Source of the DNA: the human T2T-CHM13v2.0 reference genome, Homo sapiens
Assembly (NCBI RefSeq): GCF_009914755.1
Contig: NC_060925.1
Strand: one strand, 5' to 3'
Length of the DNA stretch: 64,000 bases
A program made the translations under genes and the position numbers. The notes below the pieces were generated by a model. It was not told the origin of the DNA and did no database searches. It saw nothing but the letters and a program-made list of their open reading frames with translations. Below, piece by piece: positions 24,601 to 38,600 of the stretch (the stretch's first letter is position 1; every line of letters starts with the position of its first letter).

Positions 24601-27600
24601 TGTTTTTATACGAAGATATTTCCTTTTCTGCCTTTGGCCCCAAAGCGCTTGAAATCTCCACTTGCAAATTCCACAAAAACAGTGTTTCAAATCTGCTCTC
24701 TCTAAATGAAAGTTCAACTCTGTCAGTTGAATACACACAACACAAGGAAGTTACTGAGAATTCTTCTGTCTAGCATAATATGAAGAAATCCCGTTTCCAA
24801 CGAAGGCCTCAAAGGGGTCTGAATATCCACTTGCAGACTTTATAAACAGAGTGTTTACTAACTGCTCTATGAAAAGAAAGGTTAAACTCTGTGAGTTGAA
24901 CACACACATCACAAAGGAGTTTCTGAGAATCATTCTGTCTAGTTTTTCTACGAAGATATGTCCTTTTCTACTATTGACCTCAAAGCGGCTGAAATCTCCA
25001 CTTGCAAATTCCACAAAAAGAGTGTTTCAAGTCTGCTCTGTGTAAAGGATCGTTCAACTCTGTGAGTTGAATACACACAACACAAGGAAGTTACTGAGAA
25101 TTCTTCTGTCTAGCAGAATATGAAGAAATCCCGTTTCCAACGAAGGCCTCAAAGAGGTCTGAATATCCACTTGCAGACTTTACAAACAGAGTGTTTCCTA
25201 ACTGCTCTATGAAAAGAAAGGTTAAACTCTGTGAGTTGAACGCACACATCACAAAGGAGTTTCTGAGAATCATTCTGTCTATTTTCTATAGGAAGATATT
25301 TCCTATTCTACCATTGACCTCAAAGCGGCTGAAATCTCCACTTGCAAATTCCACAAAAAGAGTGTTTCAAGTCTGCTCTGTGGAAAGGATCATTCAACTC
25401 TGTGAGTTGAATAAACACAACACAAGGAAGTTACTGAGAATTCTTCTGTCTAGCAGAATATGAAGAAATCCCGTTTCCAACGAAGGCCTCAAGGAGGTCT
25501 GAATATCCACTTGCAGACTTTTCAAACAGAGTGTTTCCTAACTGCTCTATGAAAAGAAAGGTTAAACTCTGTGAGTTGAACGCACACATCACAAAGGAGT
25601 TTATGAGAATCATTCTGTCTAGTTTCTATAAGAAGACATTTCCTATTCTACCATTGACCTCAAAGCGGCTGAAATCTCCACTTGCAAATTCGACAAAAAG
25701 AGTGTTTCAAGCCTGCTCTCTGTAAAGGATCCTTCAACTCTGTGAGTTGAATACACACAACACAAGGAAGTTACTGAGAATTATTCTGTCTAGCAAAATA
25801 TGAAGAAATCCCGTTTCCAACGAAGGCCTCAAAGAGGTCTGAATATCCACTTGCAGACTTTACAAACAGAGTGTTTCCTAACTGCTCTATGAGAAGAAAA
25901 GTTAAACTCTGTGAGTTGAACGCACACATCACAAAAGATTTTCTGAGAATCATTCTGTCTAGTTTCTATAAGAAGACATTTCCTATTCTACCATTGACCT
26001 CAAAGCGGCTGAAATCTCCACTTGCAAATTCGACAAAAAGAGTGTTTCAAGCCTGCTCTCTGTAAAGGATCGTTCAACTCTGTGAGTTGAATACACACAA
26101 CACAAGGAAGTTACTGAGAATTCTTCTGTCTAGCAGAATATGAAGAAATCCCGTTTCCAACGAAGGCCACAAGATGTCAGAATATCCACTTACAGACTTT
26201 ACAAACAGAGTGTTTCCTAACTGCTCTATGAACAGAAAGGTTAAACTCTGTGAGTTGAACGAACACATCACAACGCAGTTTGTGGGAATGATTCTGTCTA
26301 GTTTTGAAACGAAGATATTTCCTTTTCTGCCGTTGACCTTAAAGCGCTTGAAATCTACACTTGCAAATTGCACAAATAGAGTGTTTCAAATCTGCTCTGT
26401 CTAAGGGAACGTTCAACTCTGTGAGTTGAATGCACACAACACAAGGAAGTTACTGGGAATTCTTCTGTCTAGCCTTAAATGAAAAAAACCCGTTTCCAAC
26501 GAAGGCCTCTAAGTGGTCAAAATATCCACGTGCAGACTTTACAAACAGAGTGTTTCCAAATCGCTGAATGAAAAGAAAAGTTAAACTCTGAGAGTTGAAC
26601 GCACACATCACGCAGCAGATTCTGAGAATGATTCTGTCTTGTTTTTATACGAAGATATTTCCTTTTCTGCCTTTGGCCCCAAAGCGCTTGAAATCTCCAC
26701 TTGCAAATTCCACAAAAACAGTGTTTCAAATCTGCTCTCTCTAAATGAAAGTTCAACTCTGTCAGTTGAATACACACAACACAAGGAAGTTACTGAGAAT
26801 TCTTCTGTCTAGCATAATATGAAGAAATCCCGTTTCCAACGAAGGCCTCAAAGGGGTCTGAATATCCACTTGCAGACTTTATAAACAGAGTGTTTACTAA
26901 CTGCTCTATGAAAAGAAAGGTTAAACTCTGTGAGTTGAACACACACATCACAAAGGAGTTTCTGAGAATCATTCTGTCTAGTTTTTCTACGAAGATATTT
27001 CCTTTTCTACTATTGACCTCAAAGCGGCTGAAATCTCCACTTGCAAATTCCACAAAAAGAGTGTTTCAAGTCTGCTCTGTGTAAAGGATCGTTCAACTCT
27101 GTGAGTAGAATACACACAACACAAGGAAGTTACTGAGAATTATTCTGTCTAGCAGAATATGAAGAAATCCCGTTTCCAACGAAGGCCACAAGATGTCAGA
27201 ATATCCACTTACAGACTTTACAAACAGAGTGTTTCCTAACTGCTCTATGAACAGAAAGGTTAAACTCTGTGAGTTGAACGAACACATCACAACGCAGTTT
27301 GTGGGAATGATTCTGTCTAGTTTTGAAACGAAGATATTTCCTTTTCTGCCGTTGACCTTAAAGCGCTTGAAATCTACACTTGCAAATTGCACAAATAGAG
27401 TGTTTCAAATCTGCTCTGTCTAAGGGAACGTTCAACTCTGTGAGTTGAATGCACACAACACAAGGAAGTTACTGGGAATTCTTCTGTCTAGCCTTACATG
27501 AAAAAAACCCGTTTCCAACGAAGGCCTCTAAGTGGTCAAAATATCCACGTGCAGACTTTACAAACAGAGTGTTTCCAAACCGCTGAATGAAAAGAAAAGT

Positions 27601-30170
27601 TAAACTCTGAGAGTTGAACGCACACATCACGCAGCAGTTTCTGAGAATGATTCTGTGTAGTTTTTATACGAAGATATTTCCTTTTCTGCCTTTGGCCCCA
27701 AAGCGCTTGAAATCTCCACTTGCAAATTCCACAAAAACAGTGTTTCAAATCTGCTCTCTCTAAATGAAAGTTCAACTCTGTCAGTTGAATACACACAACA
27801 CAAGGAAGTTACTGAGAATTCTTCTGTCTAGCATAATATGAAGAAATCCCGTTTCCAACGAAGGCCTCAAAGGGGTCTGAATATCCACTTGCAGACTTTA
27901 TAAACAGAGTGTTTACTAACTGCTCTATGAAAAGAAAGGTTAAACTCTGTGAGTTGAACACACACATCACAAAGGAGTTTCTGAGAATCATTCTGTCTAG
28001 TTTTTCTACGAAGATATGTCCTTTTCTACTATTGACCTCAAAGCGGCTGAAATCTCCACTTGCAAATTCCACAAAAAGAGTGTTTCAAGTCTGCTCTGTG
28101 TAAAGGATCGTTCAACTCTGTGAGTTGAATACACACAACACAAGGAAGTTACTGAGAATTCTTCTGTCTAGCAGAATATGAAGAAATCCCGTTTCCAACG
28201 AAGGCCTCAAAGAGGTCTGAATATCCACTTGCAGACTTTACAAACAGAGTGTTTCCTAACTGCTCTATGAAAAGAAAGGTTAAACTCTGTGAGTTGAACG
28301 CACACATCACAAAGGAGTTTCTGAGAATCATTCTGTCTATTTTCTATAGGAAGATATTTCCTATTCTACCATTGACCTCAAAGCGGCTGAAATCTCCACT
28401 TGCAAATTCCACAAAAAGAGTGTTTCAAGTCTGCTCTGTGTAAAGGATCATTCAACTCTGTTAGTTGAATAAACACAACACAAGGAAGTTACTGAGAATT
28501 CTTCTGTCTAGCAGAATATGAAGAAATCCCGTTTCCAACGAAGGCCTCAAGGAGGTCTGAATATCCACTTGCAGACTTTTCAAACAGAGTGTTTCCTAAC
28601 TGCTCTATGAAAAGAAAGGTTAAACTCTGTGAGTTGAACGCACACATCACAAAGGAGTTTATGAGAATCATTCTGTCTAGTTTCTATAAGAAGACATTTC
28701 CTATTCTACCATTGACCTCAAAGCGGCTGAAATCTCCACTTGCAAATTCGACAAAAAGAGTGTTTCAAGCCTGCTCTCTGTAAAGGATCCTTCAACTCTG
28801 TGAGTTGAATACACACAACACAAGGAAGTTACTGAGAATTATTCTGTCTAGCAAAATATGAAGAAATCCCGTTTCCAACGAAGGCCTCAAAGAGGTCTGA
28901 ATATCCACTTGCAGACTTTACAAACAGAGTGTTTCCTAACTGCTCTATGAGAAGAAAAGTTAAACTCTGTGAGTTGAACGCACACATCACAAAAGATTTT
29001 CTGAGAATCATTCTGTCTAGTTTCTATAAGAAGACATTTCCTATTCTACCATTGACCTCAAAGCGGCTGAAATCTCCACTTGCAAATTCGACAAAAAGAG
29101 TGTTTCAAGCCTGCTCTCTGTAAAGGATCGTTCAACTCTGTGAGTTGAATACACACAACACAAGGAAGTTACTGAGAATTCTTCTGTCTAGCAGAATATG
29201 AAGAAATCCCGTTTCCAACGAAGGCCACAAGATGTCAGAATATCCACTTACAGACTTTACAAACAGAGTGTTTCCTAACTGCTCTATGAACAGAAAGGTT
29301 AAACTCTGTGAGTTGAACGAACACATCACAACGCAGTTTGTGGGAATGATTCTGTCTAGTTTTGAAACGAAGATATTTCCTTTTCTGCCGTTGACCTTAA
29401 ATCGCTTGAAATCTACACTTGCAAATTGCACAAATAGAGTGTTTCAAATCTGCTCTGTCTAAGGGAACGTTCAACTCTGTGAGTTGAATGCACACAACAC
29501 AAGGAAGTTACTGGGAATTCTTCTGTCTAGCCTTACATGAAAAAAACCCGTTTCCAACGAAGGCCTCTAAGTGGTCAAAATATCCACGTGCAGACTTTAC
29601 AAACAGAGTGTTTCCAAACCGCTGAATGAAAAGAAAAGTTAAACTCTGAGAGTTGAACGCACACATCACGCAGCAGATTCTGAGAATGATTCTGTCTAGT
29701 TTTTATACGAAGATATTTCCTTTTCTGCCTTTGGCCCCAAAGCGCTTGAAATCTCCACTTGCAAATTCCACAAAAACAGTGTTTCAAACCTGCTCTCTCT
29801 AAATGAAAGTTCAACTCTGTCAGTTGAATACACACAACACAAGGAAGCTACTGAGAATTCTTCTGTCTAGCATAATATGAAGAAATCCCGTTTCCAACGA
29901 AGGCCTCAAAGGGGTCTGAATATCCACTTGCAGACTTTATAAACAGAGTGTTTACTAACTGCTCTATGAAAAGAAAGGTTAAACTCTGTGAGTTGAGCAC
30001 ACACATCACAAAGGAGTTTCTGAGAATCATTCTGCCTAGTTTTTCTACGAAGATATTTCCTTTTCTACTATTGACCTCAAAGCGGCTGAAATCTCCACTT
30101 GCAAATTCCACAAAAAGAGTGTTTCAAGTCTGCTCTGTGTAAAGGATCGTTCAACTCTGTGAGTAGAATA
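18645..30170 (-). repeat. Second copy of the 9.2-18.6 kb block, with one extra ~2039-bp unit
   Basis: Offset is 9517 for markers 9216->18733 through 13975->23492, and 11555 for 14619->26174 through 18393->29948. Private SNVs are shared between the copies. Confidence 0.85.
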
Positions 30171-32632
30171 CACACAACACAAGGAAGTTACTGAGAATTC
30201 TTCTGTCTAGCAGAATATGAAGAAATCCCGTTTCCAACGAAGGCCTCAAAGAGGTCTGAATATCCACTTGCAGACTTTACAAACAGAGTGTTTCCTAACT
30301 GCTCTATGAAAAGAAAGGTTAAACTCTGTGAGTTGAACGCACACACCACAAAGGAGTTTCTGAGAATCATTCTGTCTAGTTTCTATAGGAAGATATTTCC
30401 TATTCTACCATTGACCTCAAAGCGGCTGAAATCTCCACTTGCAAATTCCACAAAAAGAGTGTTTCAAGTCTGCTCTGTGTAAAGGATCGTTCAACTCTGT
30501 GAGTTGAATACACACAACACAAGGAAGTTACTGAGAATTCTTCTGTCTAGCAGAATATGAAGAAATCCCGTTTCCAACGAAGGCCTCAAGGAGGTCTGAA
30601 TATCCACTTGCAGACATTACAAACAGAGTGTTTCCTAACTGCTCTATGAACAGAAAGGTTAAACTCTGTGAGTTGAACGCACACATCACAAAGGAGTTTC
30701 TGAGAATCATTCTGTCTAGTTTTTATACGAAGATATTTACTTTTCTACCATTGACCTCAAAGCGGCTGAAATCTCCACTTGCAAATTCCACAAAAAGAGT
30801 GTTTCAAGTCTGCTCTGTGTAAAGGATCATTCAACTCTGTGAGTTGAATAAACACAACACAAGGAAGTTACTGAGAATTCTTCTGTCTAGCAGAATATGA
30901 AGAAATCCCGTTTCCAACGAAGGCCTCAAGGAGGTCTGAATATCCACTTGCAGACTTTACAAACAGAGTGTTTCCTAACTGCTCTATGAACAGAAAGGTT
31001 AAACTCTGTGAGTTGAACGCACACATCACAAAGGAGTTTATGAGAATCATTCTGTCTAGTTTCTATAAGAAGATATTTCCTATTCTACCATTGACCTCAA
31101 AGCGGCTGAAATCTCCACTTGCAAATTCGACAAAAAGAGTGTTTCAAGCCTGCTCTCTGTAAAGGATCCTTCAACTCTGTGAGTTGAATACACACAACAC
31201 AAGGAAGTTACTGAGAATTATTCTGTCTAGCATAATATGAAGAAATCCCGTTTCCAACGAAGGCCTCAAAGAGGTCTGAATATCCACTTGCAGACTTTAC
31301 AAACAGAGTGTTTCCTAACTGCTCTATGAGAAGAAAAATTAAACTCTGTGAGTTGAACGCACACATCACAAAAGATTTTCTGAGAATCATTCTGTCTAGT
31401 CTTTATATGAAGATAGTTTCCTTTTCTACCTTTCACCTCAAAGCGGCTGAAATCTCCACTTGCAAATTCCACAAAAAGAGTGTTTCAAGTCTGCTCTGTG
31501 TAAAGGATCGTTCAACTCTGTGAGTTGAATACACACAACACAAGGAAGTTACTGAGAATTCTTCTGTCTAGCAGAATACGAAGAAATCCCGTTTCCAACG
31601 AAGGCCACAAGATGTCAGAATATCCACTTACAGACTTTACAAACAGAGTGTTTCCTAACTGCTCTATGAACAGAAAGGTTAAACTCTGTGAGTTGAACGA
31701 ACACATCACAACCCAGTTTGTGGGAATGATTCTGTCTAGTTTTGAAAGGAAGATATTTCCTTTTCTGCCGTTGACCTTAAAGCGCTTGAAATCTACACTT
31801 GCAAATTGCACAAATAGGCTGTTTCAAATCTGCTCTGTCTAAGGGAACGTTCAACTCTGTGAGTTGAATGCACACAACACAAGGAAGTTACTGGGAATTC
31901 TTCTGTCTAGCCTTACATGAAAAAAACCCGTTTCCAACGAAGGCCTCTAAGTGGTCAAAATATCCACGTGCAGACTTTACAAACAGAGTGTTTCCAAACC
32001 GCTGAATGAAAAGAAAAGTTAAACTCTGAGAGTTGAACGCACACATCACGCAGCAGTTTCTGAGAATGATTCTGTCTAGTTTTTATACGAAGATATTTCC
32101 TTTTCTGCCTTTGGCCCCAAAGCGCTTGAAATCTCCACTTGCAAATTCCACAAAAAGAGTGTTTCAAGTCTGCTCTGTGTAAAGGATCGTTCAACTCTGT
32201 GAGTTGAATACACACAACACAAGGAAGTTACTGAGAATTCTTCTGTCTAGCAGAATATGAAGAAATCCCGTTTCCAACGAAGGCCTCAAGGAGGTCTGAA
32301 TATCCACTTGCAGACTTTACAAACAGAGTGTTTCCTAACTGCTCTATGAACAGAAAGGTTAAACTCTGTGAGTTGAACGCACACATCACAAAGGAGTTTC
32401 TGAGAATCATTCTGTCTAGTCTTTATACGAAGATATTTACTTTTCTACCATTGACCTCAAAGCGGCTGAAATCTCCACTTGCAAATTCCACAAAAAGAGT
32501 GTTTCAAGTCTGCTCTGTGTAAAGGATCATTCAACTCTGTGAGTTGAATAAACACAACACAAGGAAGTTACTGAGAATTCTTCTGTCTAGCAGAATATGA
32601 AGAAATCCCGTTTCCAACGAAGGCCTCAAGGA

Positions 32633-35600
32633 GGTCTGAATATCCACTTGCAGACTTTTCAAACAGAGTGTTTCCTAACTGCTCTATGAAAAGAAAGGTT
32701 AAACTCTGTGAGTTGAACGCACACATCACAAAGGAGTTTATGAGAATCATTCTGTCTAGTTTCTATAAGAAGATATTTCCTATTCTACCATTGACCTCAA
32801 AGCGGCTGAAATCTCCACTTGCAAATTCGACAAAAAGAGTGTTTCAAGCCTGCTCTTTGTAAAGGATCCTTCAACTCTGTGTGTTGAATACACACAACAC
32901 AAGGAAGTTACTGAGAATTATTCTGTCTAGCATAATATGAAGAAATCCCGTTTCCAACGAAGGCCTCAAAGAGGTCTGAATATCCACTTGCAGACTTTAC
33001 AAACAGAGTGTTTCCTAACTGCTCTATGAGAAGAAAAGTTAAACTCTGTGAGTTGAACGCACACATCACAAAAGATTTTCTGAGAATCATTCTGTCTAGT
33101 CTTTATATGAAGATAGTTTCCTTTTCTACCATTGACCTCAAAGCGGCTGAAATCTCCACTTGCAAATTCCACAAAAAGAGTGTTTCAAGTCTGCTCTGTG
33201 TAAAGGATCGTTCAACTCTGTGAGTTGAATACACACAACACAAGGAAGTTACTGAGAATTCTTCTGTCTAGCAGAATAGGAAGAAATCCCGTTTCCAACG
33301 AAGGCCACAAGATGTCAGAATATCCACTTACAGACTTTACAAACAGAGTGTTTCCTAACTGCTCTATGAACAGAAAGGTTAAACTCTGTGAGTTGAACGA
33401 ACACATCACAACGCAGTTTGTGGGAATGATTCTGTCTAGTTTTGAAACGAAGATATTTCCTTTTCTGCCGTTGACCTTAAAGCGCTTGAAATCTACACTT
33501 GCAAATTGCACAAATAGAGTGTTTCAAATCTGCTCTGTCTAAGGGAACGTTCAACTCTGTGAGTTGAATGCACACAACACAAGGAAGTTACTGGGAATTC
33601 TTCTGTCTAGCCTTACATGAAAAAAACCCGTTTCCAACGAAGGCCTCTAAGTGGTCAAAATATCCACGTGCAGACTTTACAAACAGAGTGTTTCCAAACC
33701 GCTGAATGAAAAGAAAAGTTAAACTCTGAGAGTTGAACGCACACATCACGCAGCAGATTCTGAGAATGATTCTGTCTAGTTTTTATACGAAGATATTTCC
33801 TTTTCTGCCTTTGGCCCCAAAGCGCTTGAAATCTCCACTTGCAAATTCCACAAAAACAGTGTTTCAAATCTGCTCTCTCTAAATGAAAGTTCAACTCTGT
33901 CAGTTGAATACACACAACACAAGGAAGTTACTGAGAATTCTTCTGTCTAGCATAATATGAAGAAATCCCGTTTCCAAAGAAGGCCTCAAAGGGGTCTGAA
34001 TATCCACTTGCAGACTTTATAAACAGAGTGTTTACTAACTGCTCTATGAAAAGAAAGGTTAAACTCTGTGAGTTGAACACACACATCACAAAGGAGTTTC
34101 TGAGAATCATTCTGTCTAGTTTTTCTACGAAGATATTTCCTTTTCTACTATTGACCTCAAAGCGGCTGAAATCTCCACTTGCAAATTCCACAAAAAGAGT
34201 GTTTCAAGTCTGCTCTGTGTAAAGGATCGTTCAACTCTGTGAGTAGAATACACACAACACAAGGAAGTTACTGAGAATTCTTCTGTCTAGCAGAATATGA
34301 AGAAATCCCGTTTCCAACGAAGGCCTCAAAGAGGTCTGAATATCCACTTGCAGACTTTACAAACAGAGTGTTTCCTAACTGCTCTATGAAAAGAAAGGTT
34401 AAACTCTGTGAGTTGAACGCACACATCACAAAGGAGTTTCTGAGAATCATTCTGTCTAGTTTCTATAGGAAGATATTTCCTATTCTACCATTGACCTCAA
34501 AGCGGCTGAAATCTCCACTTGCAAATTCCACAAAAAGAGTGTTTCAAGTCTGCTCTGTGTAAAGGATCGTTCAACTCTGTGAGTTGAGTACACACAACAC
34601 AAGGAAGTTACTGAGAATTCTTCTGTCTAGCAGAATATGAAGAAATCCCGTTTCCAACGAAGGCCTCAAGGAGGTCTGAATATCCACTTGCAGACTTTAC
34701 AAACAGAGTGTTTCCTAACTGCTCTATGAACAGAAAGGTTAAACTCTGTGAGTTGAACGCACACATCACAAAGGAGTTTCTGAGAATCATTCTGTCTAGT
34801 CTTTATACGAAGATATTTACTTTTCTACCATTGACCTCAAAGCGGCTGAAATCTCCACTTGCAAATTCCACAAAAAGAGTGTTTCAAGTCTGCTCTGTGT
34901 AAAGGATCATTCAACTCTGTGAGTTGAATAAACACAACACAAGGAAGTTACTGAGAATTCTTCTGTCTAGCAGAATATGAAGAAATCCCGTTTCCAACGA
35001 AGGCCTCAAGGAGGTCTGAGTATCCACTTGCAGACTTTACAAACAGAGTGTTTCCTAACTGCTCTATGAACAGTAAGGTTAAACTCTGTGAGTTGAACGC
35101 ACACATCACAAAGGAGTTTATGAGAATCATTCTGTCTAGTTTCTATAAGAAGATATTTCCTATTCTACCATTGACCTCAAAGCGGCTGAAATCTCCACTT
35201 GCAAATTCGACAAAAAGAGTGTTTCAAGCCTGCTCTCTGTAAAGGATCCTTCAACTCTGTGAGTTGAATACACACAACACAAGGAAGTTACTGAGAATTA
35301 TTCTGTCTAGCATAATATGAAGAAATCCCGTTTCCAACGAAGGCCTCAAAGAGGTCTGAATATCCACTTGCAGACTTTACAAACAGAGTGTTTCCTAACT
35401 GCTCTATGAGAAGAAAAGTTAAACTCTGTGAGTTGAACGCACACATCACAAAAGATTTTCTGAGAATCATTCTGTCTAGTCTTTATATGAAGATAGTTTC
35501 CTTTTCTACCATTGACCTCAAAGCGGCTGAAATCTCCACTTGCAAATTCCACAAAAAGAGTGTTTCAAGTCTGCTCTGTGTAAAGGATCGTTCAACTCTG

Positions 35601-38600
35601 TGAGTTGAATACACACAACACAAGGAAGTTACTGAGAATTCTTCTGTCTAGCAGAATATGAAGAAATCCCGTTTCCAACGAAGGCCACAAGATGTCAGAA
35701 TATCCACTTACAGACTTTACAAACAGAGTGTTTCCTAACTGCTCTATGAACAGAAAGGTTAAACTCTGTGAGTTGAACGAACACATCACAACGCAGTTTG
35801 TGGGAATGATTCTGTCTTGTTTTGAAAGGAAGATATTTCCTTTTCTGCCGTTGACCTTAAAGCGCTTGAAATCTACACTTGCAAATTGCACAAATAGGCT
35901 GTTTCAAATCTGCTCTGTCTAAGGGAACGTTCAACTCTGTGAGTTGAATGCACACAACACAAGGAAGTTACTGGGAATTCTTCTTTCTAGCCTTACATGA
36001 AAAAAACCCGTTTCCAACGAAGGCCTCTAAGTGGTCAAAATATCCACGTGCAGACTTTACAAACAGAGTGTTTCCAAACCGCTGAATGAAAAGAAAAGTT
36101 AAACTCTGAGAGTTGAACGCACACATCACGCAGCAGTTTCTGAGAATGATTCTGTCTAGTTTTTATACGAAGATATTTCCTTTTCTGCCTTTGGCCCCAA
36201 AGCGCTTGAAATCTCCACTTGCAAATTCCACAAAAACAGTGTTTCAAATCTGCTCTCTCTAAATGAAAGTTCAACTCTGTCAGTTGAATACACACAACAC
36301 AAGGAAGTTACTGAGAATTCTTCTGTCTAGCATAATATGAAGAAATCCCGTTTCCAACGAAGGCCTCAAAGGGGTCTGAATATCCACTTGCAGACTTTAT
36401 AAACAGAGTGTTTACTAACTGCTCTATGAAAAGAAAGGTTAAACTCTGTGAGTTGAACACACACATCACAAAGGAGTTTCTGAGAATCATTCTGTCTAGT
36501 TTTTCTACGAAGATATTTCCTTTTCTACTATTGACCTCAAAGCGGCTGAAATCTCCACTTCCAAATTCCACAAAAAGAGTGTTTCAAGTCTGCTCTGTGT
36601 AAAGGATCGTTCAACTCTGTGAGTAGAATACACACAACACAAGGAAGTTACTGAGAATTCTTCTGTCTAGCAGAATATGAAGAAATCCCGTTTCCAACGA
36701 AGGCCTCAAAGAGGTCTGAATATCCACTTGCAGACTTTACAAACAGAGTGTTTCCTAACTGCTCTATGAAAAGAAAGGTTAAACTCTGTGAGTTGAACGC
36801 ACACATCACAAAGGAGTTTCTGAGAATCATTCTGTCTAGTTTCTATAGGAAGATATTTCCTATTCTACCATTGACCTCAAAGCGGCTGAAATCTCCACTT
36901 GCAAATTCCACAAAAAGAGTGTTTCAAGTCTGCTCTGTGTAAAGGATCGTTCAACTCTGTGAGTTGAATACACAAAACACAAGGAAGTTACTGAGAATTC
37001 TTCTGTCTAGCAGAATATGAAGAAATCCCGTTTCCAACGAAGGCCTCAAGGAGGTCTGAATATCCACTTGCAGACTTTACAAACAGAGTGTTTCCTAACT
37101 GCTCTATGAACAGAAAGGTTAAACTCTGTGAGTTGAACGCACACATCACAAAGGAGTTACTGAGAATCATTCTGTCTAGTCTTTATACGAAGATATTTAC
37201 TTTTCTACCATTGACCTCAAAGCGGCTGAAATCTCCACTTGCAAATTCCACAAAAAGAGTGTTTCAAGTCTGCTCTGTGTAAAGGATCATTCAACTCTGT
37301 GAGTTGAATAAACACAACACAAGGAAGTTACTGAGAATTCTTCTGTCTAGCAGAATATGAAGAAATCCCGTTTCCAACGAAGGCCTCAAGGAGGTCTGAA
37401 TATCCACTTGCAGACTTTACAAACAGAGTGTTTCCTAACTGCTCTATGAACAGAAAGGTTAAACTCTGTGAGTTGAACGCACACATCACAAAGGAGTTTA
37501 TGAGAATCATTCTGTCTAGTTTCTATAAGAAGATATTTCCTATTCTACCATTGACCTCAAAGTGGCTGAAATCTCCACTTGCAAATTCGACAAAAAGAGT
37601 GTTTCAAGCCTGCTCTCTGTAAAGGATCCTTCAACTCTGTGAGTTGAATACACACAACACAAGGAAGTTACTGAGAATTATTCTGTCTAGCATAATATGA
37701 AGAAATCCCGATTCCAACGAAGGCCTCAAAGAGGTCTGAATATCCACTTGCAGACTTTACAAACAGAGTGTTTCCTAACTGCTCTATGAGAAGAAAAGTT
37801 AAACTCTGTGAGTTGAACGCACACATCACAAAAGATTTTCTGAGAATCATTCTGTCTAGTCTTTATATGAAGATAGTTTCCTTTTCTACCATTGACCTCA
37901 AAGCGGCTGAAATCTCCACTTGCAAATTCCACAAAAAGAGTGTTTCAAGTCTGCTCTGTGTAAAGGATCGTTCAACTCTGTGAGTTGAATACACACAACA
38001 CAAGGAAGTTACTGAGAATTCTTCTGTCTAGCAGAATATGAAGAAATCCCGTTTCCAACGAAGGCCACAAGATGTCAGAATATCCACTTACAGACTTTAC
38101 AAACAGAGTGTTTCCTAACTGCTCTATGAACAGAAAGGTTAAACTCTGAGTTGAACGAACACATCACAACGCAGTTTGTGGGAATGATTCTGTCTAGTTT
38201 TGAAACGAAGATATTTCCTTTTCTGCCGTTGACCTTAAAGCGCTTGAAATCTACACTTGCAAATTGCACAAATAGAGTGTTTCAAATCTGCTCTGTCTAA
38301 GGGAACGTTCAACTCTGTGAGTTGAATGCACACAACACAAGGAAGTTACTGGGAATTCTTCTGTCTAGCCTTACATGAAAAAAACCCGTTTCCAACGAAG
38401 GCCTCTAAGTGGTCAAAATATCCACGTGCAGACTTTACAAACAGAGTGTTTCCAAACCGCTGAATGAAAAGAAAAGTTAAACTCTGAGAGTTGAACGCAC
38501 ACATCACGCAGCAGTTTCTGAGAATGATTCTGTCTAGTTTTTATACGAAGATATTTCCTTTTCTGCCTTTGGCCCCAAAGCGCTTGAAATCTCCACTGGC

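Noticed and set aside
37706-37722. CENP-B box variant tcccgattccaacgaag
   Set aside because: The change is at non-essential position 12 of the box and the nine core bases are intact, so it is not counted as inactivating.
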